From IMG/VR virus record IMGVR_UViG_3300037484_000250, positions 19,529-83,528 of that record: DNA of 64,000 nt; one strand, 5' to 3'. Both the position numbers and the translations under genes were made by a program. This DNA comes from a virus. Lineage: Duplodnaviria; Caudoviricetes. This document shows positions 63,346-64,000 of this stretch, one piece after another. The first letter of the stretch is position 1. Each line of letters begins with the position of its first letter. Under the pieces are notes generated by a model that ran no database searches, had not been told where the DNA came from, and worked only from the letters and a program-made list of their open reading frames with translations.

Positions 63346-63750
63346 ATGAGATATAAAATAGATATAAAAGTAGTTGCAAAACATTGGAGATTGATCCCTA
63401 ATATGGTTGGCGTATATGCTCTTTATAATTTTGAGGATGATCTTGTTTATATCGGAAAAGCAAATAATTTACATGAAAGGGTCAGACAGCACATTGAAGG
63501 AGAGACTAACACAAAAGATGTAAAACATAATTTCTATGGGGTTGCATGTATATTTACTAGTGATGCAGAGAAATTAGAAAAATTCTTAATTAAAAGACAT
63601 CATCCTATATATAATATCAAAAATAATGAATTGTATACTGAAAGATATAATGATGAACATCTTCTGCCGGAAATCGTTGAAATGAGAACGGAGAAGGAGA
63701 AATCATTTCAAAGGAGATATGACAAGAGCATGGAAAATTTTATCCTATGA
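63346..63750 (+). CDS. GIY-YIG nuclease (UvrC N-terminal-like), second copy
   Basis: GVYAL...LVYIGKANNLHERV..H...LEKFLIKRHHPIYN. Confidence 0.82.
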   Translation: MRYKIDIKVVAKHWRLIPNMVGVYALYNFEDDLVYIGKANNLHERVRQHIEGETNTKDVKHNFYGVACIFTSDAEKLEKFLIKRHHPIYNIKNNELYTERYNDEHLLPEIVEMRTEKEKSFQRRYDKSMENFIL

Positions 63751-63792
63751 TATGGTAATATTCTAAGCAAGATACTAATGGAGGGTTTTAAA

Positions 63793-64000
63793 GTGGAAGA
63801 ATTATTGAAACAAATTTTAGAACAGAATAAAACCATTGCTAGTAATGTGGAGAAGATGGCAGGAAGTATTACCAGACTCAATGAAGGTCAAGAGAAGATG
63901 GCAGGAGATATTACTAGACTCAATGAAGGTCAAGAGAAGATGGCAGGAGATATTACTAGACTCAATGAAGGTCAAGAGAAGATGGCAGGAGATATTACTA
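63793..64000 (+). CDS. Coiled-coil repeat protein (partial, runs off the window)
   Basis: GGAGG RBS, GTG start; EKMAGDITRLNEGQ 14-aa repeats. Confidence 0.7.
   Translation, partial: MEELLKQILEQNKTIASNVEKMAGSITRLNEGQEKMAGDITRLNEGQEKMAGDITRLNEGQEKMAGDIT
63850..64000 (+). repeat. 42-bp tandem repeat (at least 3.6 copies)
   Basis: GAGAAGATGGCAGGA... at 63850, 63892, 63934 and 63976. Confidence 0.95.

Noticed and set aside
1-64000. Numerous minus-strand or alternate-frame ORFs of 60-150 aa shadowing real genes (e.g. 1398-1769, 6522-6983, 22430-22837, 27388-27759, 34290-34688, 42281-42697)
   Set aside because: Fully overlapped by well-supported genes on the other strand or frame; no motifs or RBS.
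1-64000. tRNA/rRNA genes and apparent abundance of GATC sites
   Set aside because: No cloverleaf with T-loop/CCA or rRNA signature was recognised. The GATC impression cannot be quantified without counting, so no claim is made.

Overview
The whole window is a low-GC tailed-phage genome segment, siphovirus-type, most likely a temperate phage-plasmid of a spore-forming Bacillota host. Both ends run off inside genes, and no host housekeeping genes, rRNA or tRNA were seen. Left to right: a mazEF toxin-antitoxin pair, an ArpU-like late activator and terS. A ~16 kb cargo block follows between terS and terL. It holds ParB-like, radical SAM and Dam genes, an Acb2/Tad1-like sponge candidate, two SigE/SigK-like sigma factors, and a pseudaminic/legionaminic-acid-type sugar pathway (pseB, pseC, two neuB, acyltransferase, second aminotransferase, wbqC, two methyltransferases, neuA-like, PIG-L). 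Next come a frameshifted terL, portal, head genes (with spoIIID, a UDG-protease fusion and a sialyltransferase-like gene), a long non-contractile tail module and a holin. The right part is an early/maintenance region: a second TA pair, rep, many small ORFs behind eight promoters sharing one operator palindrome, parA with a small partner, a tyrosine recombinase and two GIY-YIG genes. Top hit: a nuclease-less Nop-domain (IS110 C-terminal-like) protein at 57784-58839 followed immediately by a 34-unit, ~36-37 nt dual-repeat/dual-spacer array, i.e. a TIGR-Tas (TasA-type) RNA-guided system. A second, orphan 13-unit array with the same repeat grammar sits at 5282-5800. Second hit: a late-positioned nonulosonic-acid pathway plus a CstII/Maf-like transferase beside Ser/Thr-rich virion genes, suggesting virion glycosylation. 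All protein assignments come from motif recognition by eye, not database searches.
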